DNA of 63,479 bases, counting the filler, from Choristocarpus tenellus KU-1152 (lineage: Eukaryota; Protista; Phaeophyceae), in NCBI GenBank assembly GCA_964200185.2. It is 10 parts of 10 records of this genome, joined end to end, with 100 filler letters (N's around TTAATTAATTAA, not from the genome) between each part and the next. Parts side by side here need not be neighbours in the genome. Positions count along the whole stretch, not along the records: positions 18,865 to 28,273 come from CAXNAD020003698.1; positions 28,374 to 36,262 come from CAXNAD020005441.1; positions 36,363 to 40,715 come from CAXNAD020014964.1; 7 more parts are not named here. One strand, 5' to 3'. How positions within the stretch are numbered: position 1 is the first letter of the stretch; each line of letters opens with the position of its first letter. Shown here piece after piece: positions 26,301 through 38,601 of this stretch. Below the pieces are notes generated by a model that worked only from the letters and a program-made list of their open reading frames with translations, was not told the origin of the DNA and did not search any database. The position numbers were made by a program, and so were the translations under genes.

Positions 26301-27914
26301 TTCCAGGATGTACAAGTCAAGTCCAATTCACAGATTATCGAACGTCAGCTCAGCAGAACAGGGGTACTCTCAATGAATCAATCAATGTAAGGTGTATATA
26401 AGGTTCGACATCAGTAAGATTGAGATATGTGGGTCTTTTTGGATGAGAAGAACTGATCTGGTTTGAGCCATTTTTAGGAACTCTAATCATCATTTATTTG
26501 CTCTTGTTAGGGGATTGTTCGGGTTTGGAAATAGTGGTATGTATCTGAGAACCCTTTCCGACCATCCATCCATGACCCTCTGCAACTACCCGAGTTACAG
26601 TTTATTCTGCAACTTTTAGCAAATCGGAGTTCCCCCTTTTGGGGTTCCCCACCCGGGTATACTTCTCGCGCTCGTTAAAGCGCGGGAAGAAATACTCGCG
26701 CTATTCGCCTGTGACAGAGGCTTGGTGCCTTGTTGTGAAGAAGAGTTCTGAGGATGTTTTTAACTCTGAATATATGACATCCTGATGTCTAGAGGTACAC
26801 TTAATGCAGAGTGAACTCGAAGTTTAGGTGGAGTAAGGCCAACGAGAGAAAAAAAGAATAAACATATGAGACAAAATTGATGGTTCTGATGTGAAGATTA
26901 AAAAAAGAAGAAACACACTACTTGAATAAATAACTGGGATAACTCATATGGCACATACTATGCTTGTATACTTGACAGATATCGACTGTTCAATACTTAC
27001 TATACACGATGATGTTCTAATAGTAGTTGAGGATGCTATGACGAGGTGCTGAAGGTGTAAATGCGAGTAACGACCGGTACCGATGTGCGAATCAACAGTC
27101 AGTATTAACTGGTAATACTCTTGTATCAAGACACAAAATAAAATATTAAGTAGTATCCAATTTTTTAACAGTATGCAAGTGTTACAACGTCGGTCGATCT
27201 TCCACATATTATGCCCTCCGCCATGCGGAGTGTGGTGGTAACTAATGTGGAGGGCCAGCTGAAGATGCAGGAACTGCTTTGAAGGAAGACAGCGTGCCAT
27301 CAATGGCTACGATGGGTGCTTGCAGGAGGAAGACCACTGTATCGCGACCCACCACTGCATAATATCTCTATTGGAATGTGTGGCCTGTATAGCATTCAAC
27401 AGGAAAGTGGTAAAATATGCCACGAAACCAGCTTGGCAGGTGTTGGCGCCTACTCAAAGTCCAGCCAGCGCAAAGAACCCTTCAAGGGGGTGTCGAGGAT
27501 ATCGAGGATTGAGCTGAAGAAAGTGGTGGAGGATGTATTGTACCGACTTGGTGATTATCCACTTATTCCATGGTGGACCACTTCCTGAAACTCTATAAAA
27601 ACTGCCATCATTTTTCACAACAAGAACACTGATTGATGGTCACTCACAATGTATGTCGATCATTGAGTGAGAGGTAAGCAGTTGGAGTTGGAATGAAAAA
27701 CAAAAATTGAAAGAGCGTGTAGAAGGATTAAGTGGAGAAATCACCTGTCACCTGTCGATTCTCTCGACAAATATGCTGTAGTTTCTCTTCAATGTTTTTT
27801 ATTGGCATCTATCGCGTACACCCCATTCCTTCTTCCTTCACATTAAAAGTTGTGTTGAGGTCACCAACTACGTTGTGTCATTTGTCGTTTTTAGTTATCT
27901 GCCTTTTGTCTACT

Positions 27915-28173
27915 GAACCGAAGTGCCTTAGAGGGTAGAGCTGCGTCCATTTGGGAGCCAAAATCCAATGTTGCAATTTTGATGTAATTTTGGCTATCAT
28001 GTCTGTTAACAAGTGTCAATATCAATCTTCTGGACACACCTTTTCATAACATATCCACTTCAACTACTCCTAAACAAATTGGAGTAGGATAATGTCATAA
28101 AAGAACCCATGGGAAGCCAAGCCCCAAATGGACAAACAGGGCAAAACTCGTACCCTCTAAGATACTTTCGCTC
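27915..28173 (+). mobile_element. MITE family B (~258 bp)
   Basis: Degenerate TIR ending TACCCTCTAAGATACTTTCGCTC; flanks TACT/TATT. Confidence 0.85.
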
Positions 28174-28373
28174 TATTCTCTGTAACCTTTCTTCCTCATT
28201 TCCCATCTCGCCTCTATTAATCTTGCTCTTTTTCTGCTTTCGGGGGATCGTCTTAGGTGAAATACCACTTGATNNNNNNNNNNNNNNNNNNNNNNNNNNN
28301 NNNNNNNNNNNNNNNNNTTAATTAATTAANNNNNNNNNNNNNNNNNNNNNNNNNNNNNNNNNNNNNNNNNNNN

Positions 28374-28566
28374 CACCTTTCGCGAGAAATTTTTTCGCTT
28401 TTTCCAAACTCGGGTGAATATATCTGGGGTTTTGTGCCAAATCGCCCGAATACGAGAATTCCGGTACAAAAGCCTATTTTTTTTAGCATGTCGAAAAAAG
28501 AGGTACAAAAGTACATATTTTTCGATTTGGTTCATAATATCGGGCACAAAATCGGGGTAGGTACTG
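28374..28566. mobile_element. Possible right end of a Tc1/mariner-pogo-type element
   Basis: CpG-rich segment ending ..AAAATCGGGGTAGGTACTG followed by TA, a CAGT-type terminus with a TA target. The other end is off contig. Confidence 0.4.
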
Positions 28567-28763
28567 TATCCATATTTATTATCTCCATGGAGTAGTGGTT
28601 AAATATTTTTCGATCTCGGTAAATCAACCGAAATCGTAAATTGATATAGCGATACATCCTCTCATACTTGTTCTTTTGAATGATCCCTTTCATCTATCCA
28701 CTTTCAGTCCCAACCTGAAAAGCTCGTGTTTTTTCCATTAGATGGTTTGGGTTTCTCGTGGAA

Positions 28764-31700
28764 ATGAAGGGTAGAAGTACCCTGGAAGCTATGGGAACGG
28801 TACAATCCATCATATCCGTGGTGATATCGTTGTCTCTATCCTTTCTCTCTTGGGCAATACGCTTCAGTCCTCGTCTACACAGCCTTGTTAAGCACTTTGA
28901 CAGAGGCAAACGAAAGGTGAGGCAGAATTTGGTTTCATCATCAATCCATAACTACCTCAGTCGCTTTAAGGTTCTATGTGGGTTTCATTTGAAACATATC
29001 CCAGGATATAGGAAGGGCTGATGGTGGCGACCAAGCTTGACAATCGCCACCCTTTTTGACAGGTCCCGAAGGGCCTCCCTCATGTGGGACCTTGGGACAA
29101 ATTGACGGAGACGGTGATCAGGGTTAACGGTCTAAACCCTGGTATGGTGAGCGGTGAAAGAAGAACATTCCATTTAAGAATCCTCTTATATTTCCCAATG
29201 GATATGATTGTGTGTGTATGTGATGCCTTATTGGTCTTTTCCAACCAAGGGTAAATCGATTTGCTCGTCCTTTACCCCTTTTCCAGTTGGCCGTAAAAGG
29301 AAAGTCCGTGTCGACTGAAGTCATGTTATGAGCCTTTCGAGGGCTCTAGTATTGTGCTGTTTGTCAAAGAGCCTGGCTGAAATGTCCGACCCCTATTCAC
29401 CTGTTTGCGAATAATCCGCCAATGTCAAGCACACTCTCACTGGAACCAATTGCTACCTCATTGGCACGGGGTCGAAAAGGATCCTTGTTGATACAGGAGA
29501 AGGAATCGAGGGCTTCGTCGACCTTCTTCGGGTGAGAGATTGCTCCCAGTCCCTCCGTTTAACCTCAACAATCTGGTGAGCTTGGCAAGTATAGCGTTAG
29601 TAAGACCTTGATCGCAATTCCGTCATCCTCTTCAAAAACATCTGTACATGAGCTTCCTCCCCTTTTCCCTTGGGTAAGACGGGGAAACTCAGAGACTTCC
29701 TGTGATCTCTTACCACTTACGCCCACGATCTCTTTACTATTTCCCCTTGAAGGAGGTCATGCATGCCGTCGGATGTGATGATCTCGAGTCCATCGTGCTC
29801 ACCCATTGGCATGCGGACCACGTGGGCGGTGTCAATGACATCTGCAGATCGCTTGGTAAGGCGGTTCCTGTGTTTAAACGGGTGAGTAAAGACTGCTAGC
29901 AGTGATTGGTCTTCTTACTTTTATGAGACACCTCTGTTTTTTCCCCAACGTTGAAGACATCATCTCTAAAGTTGTTTATTCTTACCCATCTGCAGCTTTG
30001 ACTGGTTCCACAACAGGAGACTGTCAGATGCTGTCAAAGGTTTCCTTGACACCGAAGTACTTATCAATGTATCCATAGAACTTACTGCTGCACATCTATC
30101 TACCCAGTAGGGGTACTAATACTAACCCTAACCCAATCATGATGGCTGTATTTGTTCAGAATGACAAGCTTTCCTCAATTCATCACCCCCCCCTGCCATG
30201 CAGCGAGGACCCCGGAAAGAATCTTTTTCCTACTGTAACATTGAAGACGGGCAAGTTTTCACCACCCAGGGAGGTACCATAGAAGCTGTGTACACCCCGG
30301 GGCATACAGAGGACCATGTTGCATTTATTCTGAGAGAAGAAAGGGTGAGTCTCCCTGCCATATCAGCCTCCTGTGCTTTGGCCTCCAGTCAAGAAACGAT
30401 TGCTTTAGGATTCTAAGCAGAACTGTGGTAGTTTCTACTGTATAGTGATGTACCGAGGGTACACTAGTCCATTTTCCGCCTTAATTTAGATGTTTCCTAA
30501 TACTTACTATGGAGTGTAGCCTCAGGTGTAGACTGTACACAATTAAGTTGAGCAAGGTTCGTTGCATACAAGAGCCTTCTTTTCTCTGATTGTGCGCATT
30601 TCCTTCCACTGGAACTCACAATATATGCCTCGCATCCCTCGACACAGATCACTCTCGCACATGTACAACCTAACCCTAACCCTCACCCTAACCCTAACCC
30701 CAAACTTGTGGCGCTCCTTCTCCCTCTCTTGTGGACCTAACCCCATGCAGGCTCTCCTCTGCGGTGACATGATCCTTGGGTGTGGGACAGCGGTCTTTGA
30801 TGACTTTACTTCATACATGTCCTCGTTGGACAGAGTTTTGAGGTTGTGTGGCAATACGACAGCCATTGGTCAAGGGTTGACAAGGTCTCTACCCCCCCCC
30901 CCTCCTTCCACCACTCTTCATTTGCAGGGCTCATTTTTGATTGTGAGATGATGCACTTGAAGTTCCGTGATAGAGACTCAGATGGTCAAACCTAGGTTTT
31001 CGTGGTTTTACTTCTTTGGGCTGTCCTTCTATGTTCCATGTGGTGTGGTGGTGTATGGTGTTTACATTTCACAGAAGCAGCACGATGCTTGTTTGTCATA
31101 TCCTATACTATGAAATCCTCCATTCCATACTTGGCGGTGTCTTGCACACACTAAATGAAAGCAGGAATGAAATTTGTTTGCATCCCGGTGACATGTGTAT
31201 TGAGGAAAAAAATTTCCTATGTTAAGATAGAAGTTACGCACACTCCTTGAGCCCCTCCTATCCTATCCTCACCTTGTAGATGACAAGAACAAAGAGTAGT
31301 ATTGCTAAAACAGGCACCACCCACCGCTGTGTCCTTGCCCTTTCCGCAACGTATCCTACTCCGCTCTGAAGGATTTATCCTGGTCATGGACCAGTCGTGG
31401 AAGATGCTGAAGAAAAAATCAAGTACTATATAACCCACCGACGGGAACGAGAGAATCAGATACTAGAAACACTCATGTCTGCAAATGGGTCTGCTGTCAG
31501 CACCTTTCAGGTCAGACCAGGGGCACATTGCAAATTTTCCATGTCGTACCGCTTTAGGGCGTGATCCCACAGTGGGAAGTATATCGTTGATCTGTGTTAG
31601 GGTTAGGGTGTGGTGCTCTGTCGCATCTTCCCATACCATTGTTTTTATCTTGATCGTTATCGTTAATACCACAAAACCAGTTGAAGGATCAGGAGTGATT

Positions 31701-32237
31701 TGTGAAAGATGTGCTCCTCCAACTTAGACATATTATTGTGGAGTAGATCGCTGGAGTACTTACTATTCCGTACACTGTACTCAGTACCTCTAGTAAGAAG
31801 TTGGTTGATCCTAAAAAGGTTTGCAGTGTTTGCTTTCAACTAGATAGCTTACAAGAATAGTAAGCACGTGATAGTAGTACCCTTGTCATTGTGCGCTATG
31901 TGAAAAGATTCCTTCAGGGTGTATGTCATGATTAGGAACATAAACGCGCACCCCAACAGGTGATCAAAGTACAGCATCCCTCCCCCAACTATCAATGTGC
32001 ATCCTGTACCCTCCCATCCATGTACCGAACTTCTAGGCAAACTGACTTCACCATGCCTTCTTGCCCCCTGAACAGATAACTTCTGTAGTCTATGGCGATC
32101 TTCCTTTGCCTGTGATGGTATCAGCCCATTACAATGTGATGCACCACATGTCCAAGCTCCTTAGTGAAGGAAAAGTCAAGCGTACCTTCTTACCAATGTC
32201 TTTTGTTGATGCTCGAGGTGCAACTAAGCAGCAGTAA
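28764..32237 (+). CDS. LACTB2: LACTB2-like metallo-beta-lactamase-fold endoribonuclease, complete, 8 exons
   Basis: Exons 28764-28916, 29063-29146, 29430-29531, 29753-29881, 30204-30344, 30751-30884, 31372-31510, 32076-32237. Motifs [38 protein letters not shown] (HxHxDH), [36 protein letters not shown]. The start could instead be the ATG at 28791. Confidence 0.92.
30668..30700 (+). repeat. Interstitial telomere-like (CCCTAA)n tract
   Basis: About 5 units. Shorter tracts at ~4361, 8235, 20735, 30122, 31597, 32836 and 48883. Confidence 0.8.
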
Positions 32238-33687
32238 AAGGAGGTCCATGTCTCAATCACCACAAGAATCAATTGATTGTCTAGTTAAGGGGTCAGCAGT
32301 TTTGGTAAGAGATTTTTGCATATCGGATTAATGGTAAAGAAGACATGGCACAGAAATATACTAGAGTGTACGTGCCATAATGAGATAAACCTCACCGAGG
32401 AATACTATTGTAACAGCTCGTGTGTCCTAAGGTATTAACCCCAAAGCTCTCTATTAAATAGACTCACTGATTGGTGGGAGTGGGAGGGTGTTTCTTCGTA
32501 CTTTTTCTTAGTCGTAACAATTTCCGTTGTGTTTCTTGTCCTGTTCTTTTTATTCTGCTAATATTCTGTGTACTACTATTATCACTAACGACCACTACGA
32601 CTCCGAACTATTTCTTCCTTGTATCTTCCTCCAGTCTTCGTGCTTGGGTTGGTGAGGGACACATTCATTACACCTTACTAATGTGTGGTTCTAAGAAATA
32701 TCGCAATCCTTTTGACCAATCCGACACAGCCTTGTAGAATTTTTTTTATATCGGGCGCTCTCCAATCCACATTCTTCAATACTGGTTCTTGGACGGATTG
32801 CAGTTACATGCCCCACTCGTGCCTTCGCCAGTTTCCCTAACCCTAACCCTAATGTAATAAGTGGCAAGGCCCAAATAATTGTAAATTTTGTTCTAATCCT
32901 ACATGCCTGCATGTCTCTTGGCTTGAATGAAGTGTTTGACCTAATAATATGGAGGACGGGAGCATGAACAACTGACTGTCATCTGCGCAATCGTCCCTGT
33001 CCAACGTTATTTTTTATTGATGATTGTCTGTTATCAGAAGGAGGTTACAAATTGATTTGTTCGGTGCAGAAATCATTCGAGAAAGCCAAAGTTTTCCTCC
33101 CATTGGCTCAGATATGGAAACATAGAATGCTGCCAGATGTATAAACCAGGCAGATTTGGGAGAGGATGACTACGTATTGGGCCATCTGAACAGCTGAAAA
33201 GGTTAGGTGAAACGGTCGACAATGAACTTCTCCACCCAATCTAATTCAGATCCTATCATTCACGCTGTGGCTGCCATCTCTCCCACCTGAAGATACTCTC
33301 CTGGCACACTCAGTTGCTATACCCTTTGTTAAACCTCTTTTTTAGCTTAATACATTGAAGAGGGCGGCAGCGAACAGGAAGGGGAACCGTTGATACTCGG
33401 TTTTGCTGAAATATGAGAACAGTGACAAAGCTAAGCTGAAGAAAGCACTGATCCGGAGAAACAGAAGTTGCGTTTTTGGAAGGTGTTTCATTTCATGCAC
33501 AACTTGATAAAATTTACGTTTCTGTAACACTGAATGACCCGGCATGTAAGATGTGCCTACATGTCAGGGATATTCGTGCCAGAGTAGTGGTGATTCACTC
33601 CATCCGTTGCAATCTGCTTTGAACCTGCACCCAAGTCTATTGTTTCCCGCTCCCCTGCTGCTTGCCCTGTCTAGGCTTTGTGTGAGT

Positions 33688-36262
33688 TCAAGATCGCTTG
33701 TACATGTCCACGACAATCTTACAAAAATATATAAGAAATAGGGAGTATCTAAGCAAGTCTCTCCCTCTTCGCAATTATCAACACAAATGAACACAGGCAC
33801 AAAATTACAGTAGCACTGAAATAGGGTACTGCCATAGACTGTCCCCCTTCACAACTATAAACACAAGGATACCAAGATAATGTCTCACAGTCACAAACAA
33901 AAATAAGGTACTGCCATATAAAGGCTTGCCCTCCCTACGAGCTAAGAACATACTAACAAATAGGGAGTGGCATAGCAAGACTCTCCCCCCTCAAAATTAT
34001 CGACACAAATGAATATGGGCAAGTGGCTGCCACGCGCAAGTAGAGCTCTGCGCGCGGCCCACACACCTCCATTCCAGGTGAAAGCATGCGCTTGAGTTGT
34101 CTGTTGTTGGCCACATGAAGCAGCCGAATGCACTGTTTTTCTTGGTCTTCAAGAGAGATCGAACAGAAGGCCTCTGATCGAGAGTTGCACACTACGAGAT
34201 CACCCCACGCAGGGAGGTCATTTGCGCCGATCTTGTAGTCTTTCCCTTCAAGCGGGAATAAGGCCATTTCTGCGGGATTCGAGGACGAGCTTGCATGCGG
34301 CTGAGCATTGCGGAAGACAAAGACGGCGGAGGGGTTGGGGGGGTGGATGGGTGTTTGGGGGGGGGCAGAGTTCGGTCATTCATGAATGTAATGCTTTTTG
34401 GAGGTAATCTCGTCCGAAGGTGGTGCAAAAACGTCAACCTTATTGTGGCAAACGTGAGCGAAAGTATCTTGGAGGGTACGAGTTTTGGCCTGTTTGTCCA
34501 TTTGGTGCTTGGCTTCACATTTTTTTTTAGGACGTTTTACCTAATCTGAAACGTTTGGGAGTAGGTAAAATGTATACGTTATGAATAGGTGTGTCCGAAA
34601 CATAGATATTGACACTTCCTAACAAACACGATAGCCAAAATAACATCAAAATCGCAACATTGGGTTTTGGCCCCCAAATGGACGCGGTCGTACCATCTAA
34701 GATATTTTGGCTCACGTTGAAGACACGACGGATCAAATACTTACCCGCAAGGCCCATATTTTTCTACGCGACGTATTGGGGTGCCGCATTAGATAGGTTT
34801 GGACTCTGGAATGAAAAAAATATATATTCTGCGTGCCAAGATGTTGACTCTGCTGTTCGTTCTTCACAAAATATGTAACGCAGTGCATTCTATACCACAT
34901 TCACCTCCATCTGGTAGCCGAAGTCCGTCGCCAAGGTCTTTGCAACGAAAACGGTCGCCTCATCGTGTCCCTTTCCCCGAGGATTGACGGCCTCAAGAAA
35001 ACATAGATGCGTCTGAATTGGGACGAGGGTCTGCCCCAAGGCTTCCGGCAGGCAGGAAGGGCCTATCACGCGTTCTTGAACGAGAGCCGTGGATACCTGC
35101 AACGTTATGTGCGTACATGTGACAGCCCAACCATGTGGCATTGAAGTGTTTGCCATGAGATAAGGTTTCGTCAAGTACGTGGAGGTTATTCCGGCGTTGG
35201 TTCAAGATCTTGTGGTGTACCGCAGTACGTTTGTTTTTTCGTGTGGGGAAACAGGACATTACGACGTTCCGACGCTCACACACAAAGTCTTGGGGTCTCG
35301 CGATTTCCGTTTGTGGTGTGTGTAACCGCGTGCACCGTTTGAGCAACGTGTAAATATCGACAAGGAAGCATCACAACAACAATCGCACACTCGACACCTA
35401 TCCATAGGAGAACAAGACAGACAACAAGTTGGAAAGGAATGGAAAAAAAGCCAGCACACTCTTCTTACCTTCCACTTGCCGTCCTTGTAGGCTTGGGTGA
35501 AGGAGGTATCTATCTTCTCTTTCACCTTGTCCTTGAATGCCGCGTTGGACACGAACACCTCCACCCTCCCGCTCCGTTCAAGGGCCGCCCCCACCACGTT
35601 GTGCCTCTCTGCGCTGAAGGAGACGACGGTGTCCCCAGCATTCGTGTACCTATTATAGGAGGGTAGTTCGTCAATTATCTCGAGGAGTATATTGTATTGC
35701 GCATGGATTCATCATATGACACATCAAAGATTAACCTATCGATACAGGGCAACACACTCTTGAGTCAAAGTATCTTAGAGAGTAGAGCCGCGTCCATTTG
35801 GGGGCCAAAATCCAATATTGCGATTGTGATGTGATTTTGCCTATCCTGTTTGTTAGGAAGTGTCAATATCCATGTTCCAGATTCAAATTTTCAGAACATA
35901 TACATTTTACCTACTCCGAAACATTTTGGAGTAGGAAAATGCCATAAAAGAACCCATGAGAAACCAAGCCCCAAATGAACAAACGGGGCAAAACCCGTAC
36001 CCTCTAAGATACTTTGACTCTCTTGGTGCGGACAGACGCTTAACATACTGATTGTGGGAAGGCCACTCGTGGTATGGTTTGACGCCCCTTAATCGTCACC
36101 CAGCCTGTTGCGTTACTGCTTAACGATGTCCTACACCTGTACAAAAAAAGTCCCTGCTGCGGTGAAGAAGGGCGTGTGTGACGTTATTAACGAACCTGTT
36201 AACGAGGAAGTGGAGGGCCCTCATGGGGATGTCCGTTGCAGCACCTTGGTATTCCACGTCAC
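33688..36262 (-). CDS. Spliced gene of unknown function, 3' portion
   Basis: Phase-consistent exons 36245-36262 (partial), 36137-36156 (microexon), 35469-35649, 35097-35208, 34067-34269, 33688-33717 give about 185 aa: VTWNTKQGLFLYRYTNAGDTVSF..WLGCHMYAHNVAEMALFP..IRLLHVANNRQLKRMLSPGMEIVVDMYKRS*. The last exon is the least certain. Confidence 0.65.
33738..34021. repeat. Degenerate intronic tandem repeat, 3-4 units
   Basis: ATAGGGAGT..GCAAG(T/A)CTCTCCC..AATTATC(A/G)ACACAAATGAA at about 33738 and 33960, with weaker copies between. Confidence 0.6.
34456..34713 (-). mobile_element. MITE family B in an intron of the orphan gene
   Basis: GAGCGAAAGTATCTT..AAGATATTTTGGCTC; perfect 4-bp TSD ACGT. Confidence 0.9.
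35762..36020 (+). mobile_element. MITE family B in an intron of the orphan gene
   Basis: GAGTCAAAGTATCTTAGAG..CTCTAAGATACTTTGACTC; perfect 4-bp TSD TCTT. Confidence 0.92.
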
Positions 36263-36362
36263 NNNNNNNNNNNNNNNNNNNNNNNNNNNNNNNNNNNNNN
36301 NNNNNNTTAATTAATTAANNNNNNNNNNNNNNNNNNNNNNNNNNNNNNNNNNNNNNNNNNNN

Positions 36363-36399
36363 ATGGACAGCCGCCACCCCCTCCCAGATATTTTGAGCC
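36363..36399 (-). mobile_element. MITE family A, end fragment at contig edge
   Basis: ATGGACAGCCGCCACCCCCTCCCAGATATTTTGAGCC. Confidence 0.75.
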
Positions 36400-37566
36400 T
36401 GATACATATATACTGTGTATGGTATGCCATTATTTGAAGTGTAGTGATATTTAATCAACATGATGGCAGATAGTCTAAATACTATTGTTTCGACTAGCAC
36501 TCTGTATAACCGCACGGTTGTACACCACTATTTTGTAGCCTTAAAAAGATACATCAATTTCACACTATCCAAGGTATTGCGATGGCATAACGTCATGTTG
36601 TGCTATAATGCATGGAGTACTACGTATGAGTATAAGGTGATAGTGCTGGATATTGTCTAAAGTGTTGCGATTTCGTGACAGCATGTTAACAACGCTACAG
36701 GTAGTCCTGCCATGGATACTGTGTGATGTGTTCCACTATTTATGTATTGTGGTTGGTGGTTTTGATGTTTTTTCCTGCATGCTTGGGCATATGAGACTGC
36801 TTGCTAAGAGAACCATCTCGGTGTTTGCTGGATCCAATGAGGTCTCTAGGGAGGTACTGCTTGCCTGGCCGCACAGATATCGCTCTCTACCACAGGAGGA
36901 GACATAGGGCGAACAGGAATATCCTATACAATGGTTGAAAATAGGGGTAATTTCTTCCGTCTGTAGTCTCCGCAAAAGGCCATCACTCCTGCCCCAGAGG
37001 TCTCTCTTCAGGTTGGCTGATATCTTGAAAAAAATGGATAATAAAGAGGTTGTGTAAAGGGGGTTTTGCTTGTTGTTGCAGAAGAAAACTAGCTTCGCAG
37101 TTTTGTTTGAGACTAGATTTGGTTACAATATGCATTTTGTGCCATGAGTCACAGCAGGTGATCATTAGAACACAGAATGCTGTATGTGGTTGTTCATACA
37201 TACATGATCGACGCAGGGAAAACTGTGAGTAGTGTAGACTTATTTTCCAAGCAAGTAGTGCACACTTGTGAGTACAGAAACACTCCTGACCTCCATTTCC
37301 TAGTGACCTCCTTGACAAATTCCGCTGGAGCGATGAAGCATCCACTTCCTCGATCCTGTTGCTGTCATCACAAAAAAACACAGTTTCCTGCCCCCTCTTC
37401 TTGTTCTCCACTCCTCGGGTAAATCCGATTTGCTTTCTACCTTGTGCTTACCCCTATCTTCGCAGTCACTGTGCACCCCCTTGGTGAGGAATGCCCCTTC
37501 CTGATGACCAAGCCAGTGGTATCCTTCACCTGCAACCGCATCTTCTTGCACACAGCCTTTGAATGA

Positions 37567-37760
37567 AGAGGGTACGAATTTTGTCCTGTTTGTCTGTTTG
37601 GGTGTTGGCTTTCCCATGGGTTTTTTATGACATTTTCCTACTCCGAAATGGTTCGGAGTAGGTAAAATGTGTACGTTATGAAAAGTTGTGTTCGGAATAA
37701 TGATATTGACACTTCCTAACAAACACGATAGCAAAAGGTACATCAACATCGCAACATTGG
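37567..37760 (-). mobile_element. MITE family B, internal fragment
   Basis: GAGGGTACGAATTTTGTCC..CCTACTCCGAAATGGTTCGGAGTAGG..ATCGCAACATTGG. Confidence 0.8.
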
Positions 37761-38342
37761 AATTGCCATCACCTCAGGGTAGATGCTGATATTCTGTATG
37801 TAGCTCGGTTGGTAGGACCTGGGGAAAGTGCCATGACCATGTCAAGGAGATGACTCTTGTTCCTTCATTTGGATCCATACCGTCTGTCCTCAAATCTCCA
37901 TGCAGTAGCCTTTCTGAAAGCCTTGTTATACCTCCTATGCCAGAGAGACCAACAGGCTAAACCTCATTTGGTGGAGTTCTCCCTTAACCCAAAATTCTTT
38001 GCATGCGCTCATGGAGGATTAGGAGGGTGTTTACGTTGAGATTATGATCTTGGAGAAAATAGAGGAAATGCTTCACCAGTGGCACAGGGGGCCTGTCACA
38101 TCACAATGGTGTTTGCCGTTTCCTTGAGCAGGGTATACGTTTCTTGTCTGATTCTAGACAGATTTGGAGGGTTTGATACGACAAGTCGATTGTCTTATTT
38201 TCTGCCATATGCAGTAAAAACTAGAACATGTAAGATAGGTGTACTCTTCACAACCACAGACTCAATTTAATGTGCCCACCTGCACCAATAAACTTCACGC
38301 AATACACTGAAAGTAAGAGGTATGGTTCCTAACTTGACACAA

Positions 38343-38601
38343 AAGTTCAAGTATCTTAGAGGGTATGAGTTTTACCCTGTTTGTCCATTGGGGGCTTGGC
38401 ATCCCACAGGGTTTTATGAAATTTTCCTACAACGAAATCTTTCGGAGTAGGTAAAATGTGTACGTTATGAAAAGGTGTGTCCAGAACAAGCATATTGACA
38501 CTTCCTAACAAACACGATAGTCAAAATTAGATCAAAATCGCAACATTGGATTTTGGCCCCCAAATGGACGCGGCTCTACCCTCTAAAAGATAATTTGGCT
38601 C
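38343..38601 (-). mobile_element. MITE family B
   Basis: Full length with a degenerate left TIR; 4-bp TSD ACAA. Confidence 0.88.

Noticed and set aside
2186-32237. Tudor-SN, CSN5, LACTB2 and tRNA as an RNA-processing or defence cluster
   Set aside because: They lie on different contigs joined artificially, so there is no evidence of linkage.
36137-36262. Apparent frameshift at the T7 run in the orphan gene
   Set aside because: An 88-nt intron plus a 20-nt microexon restores the frame.
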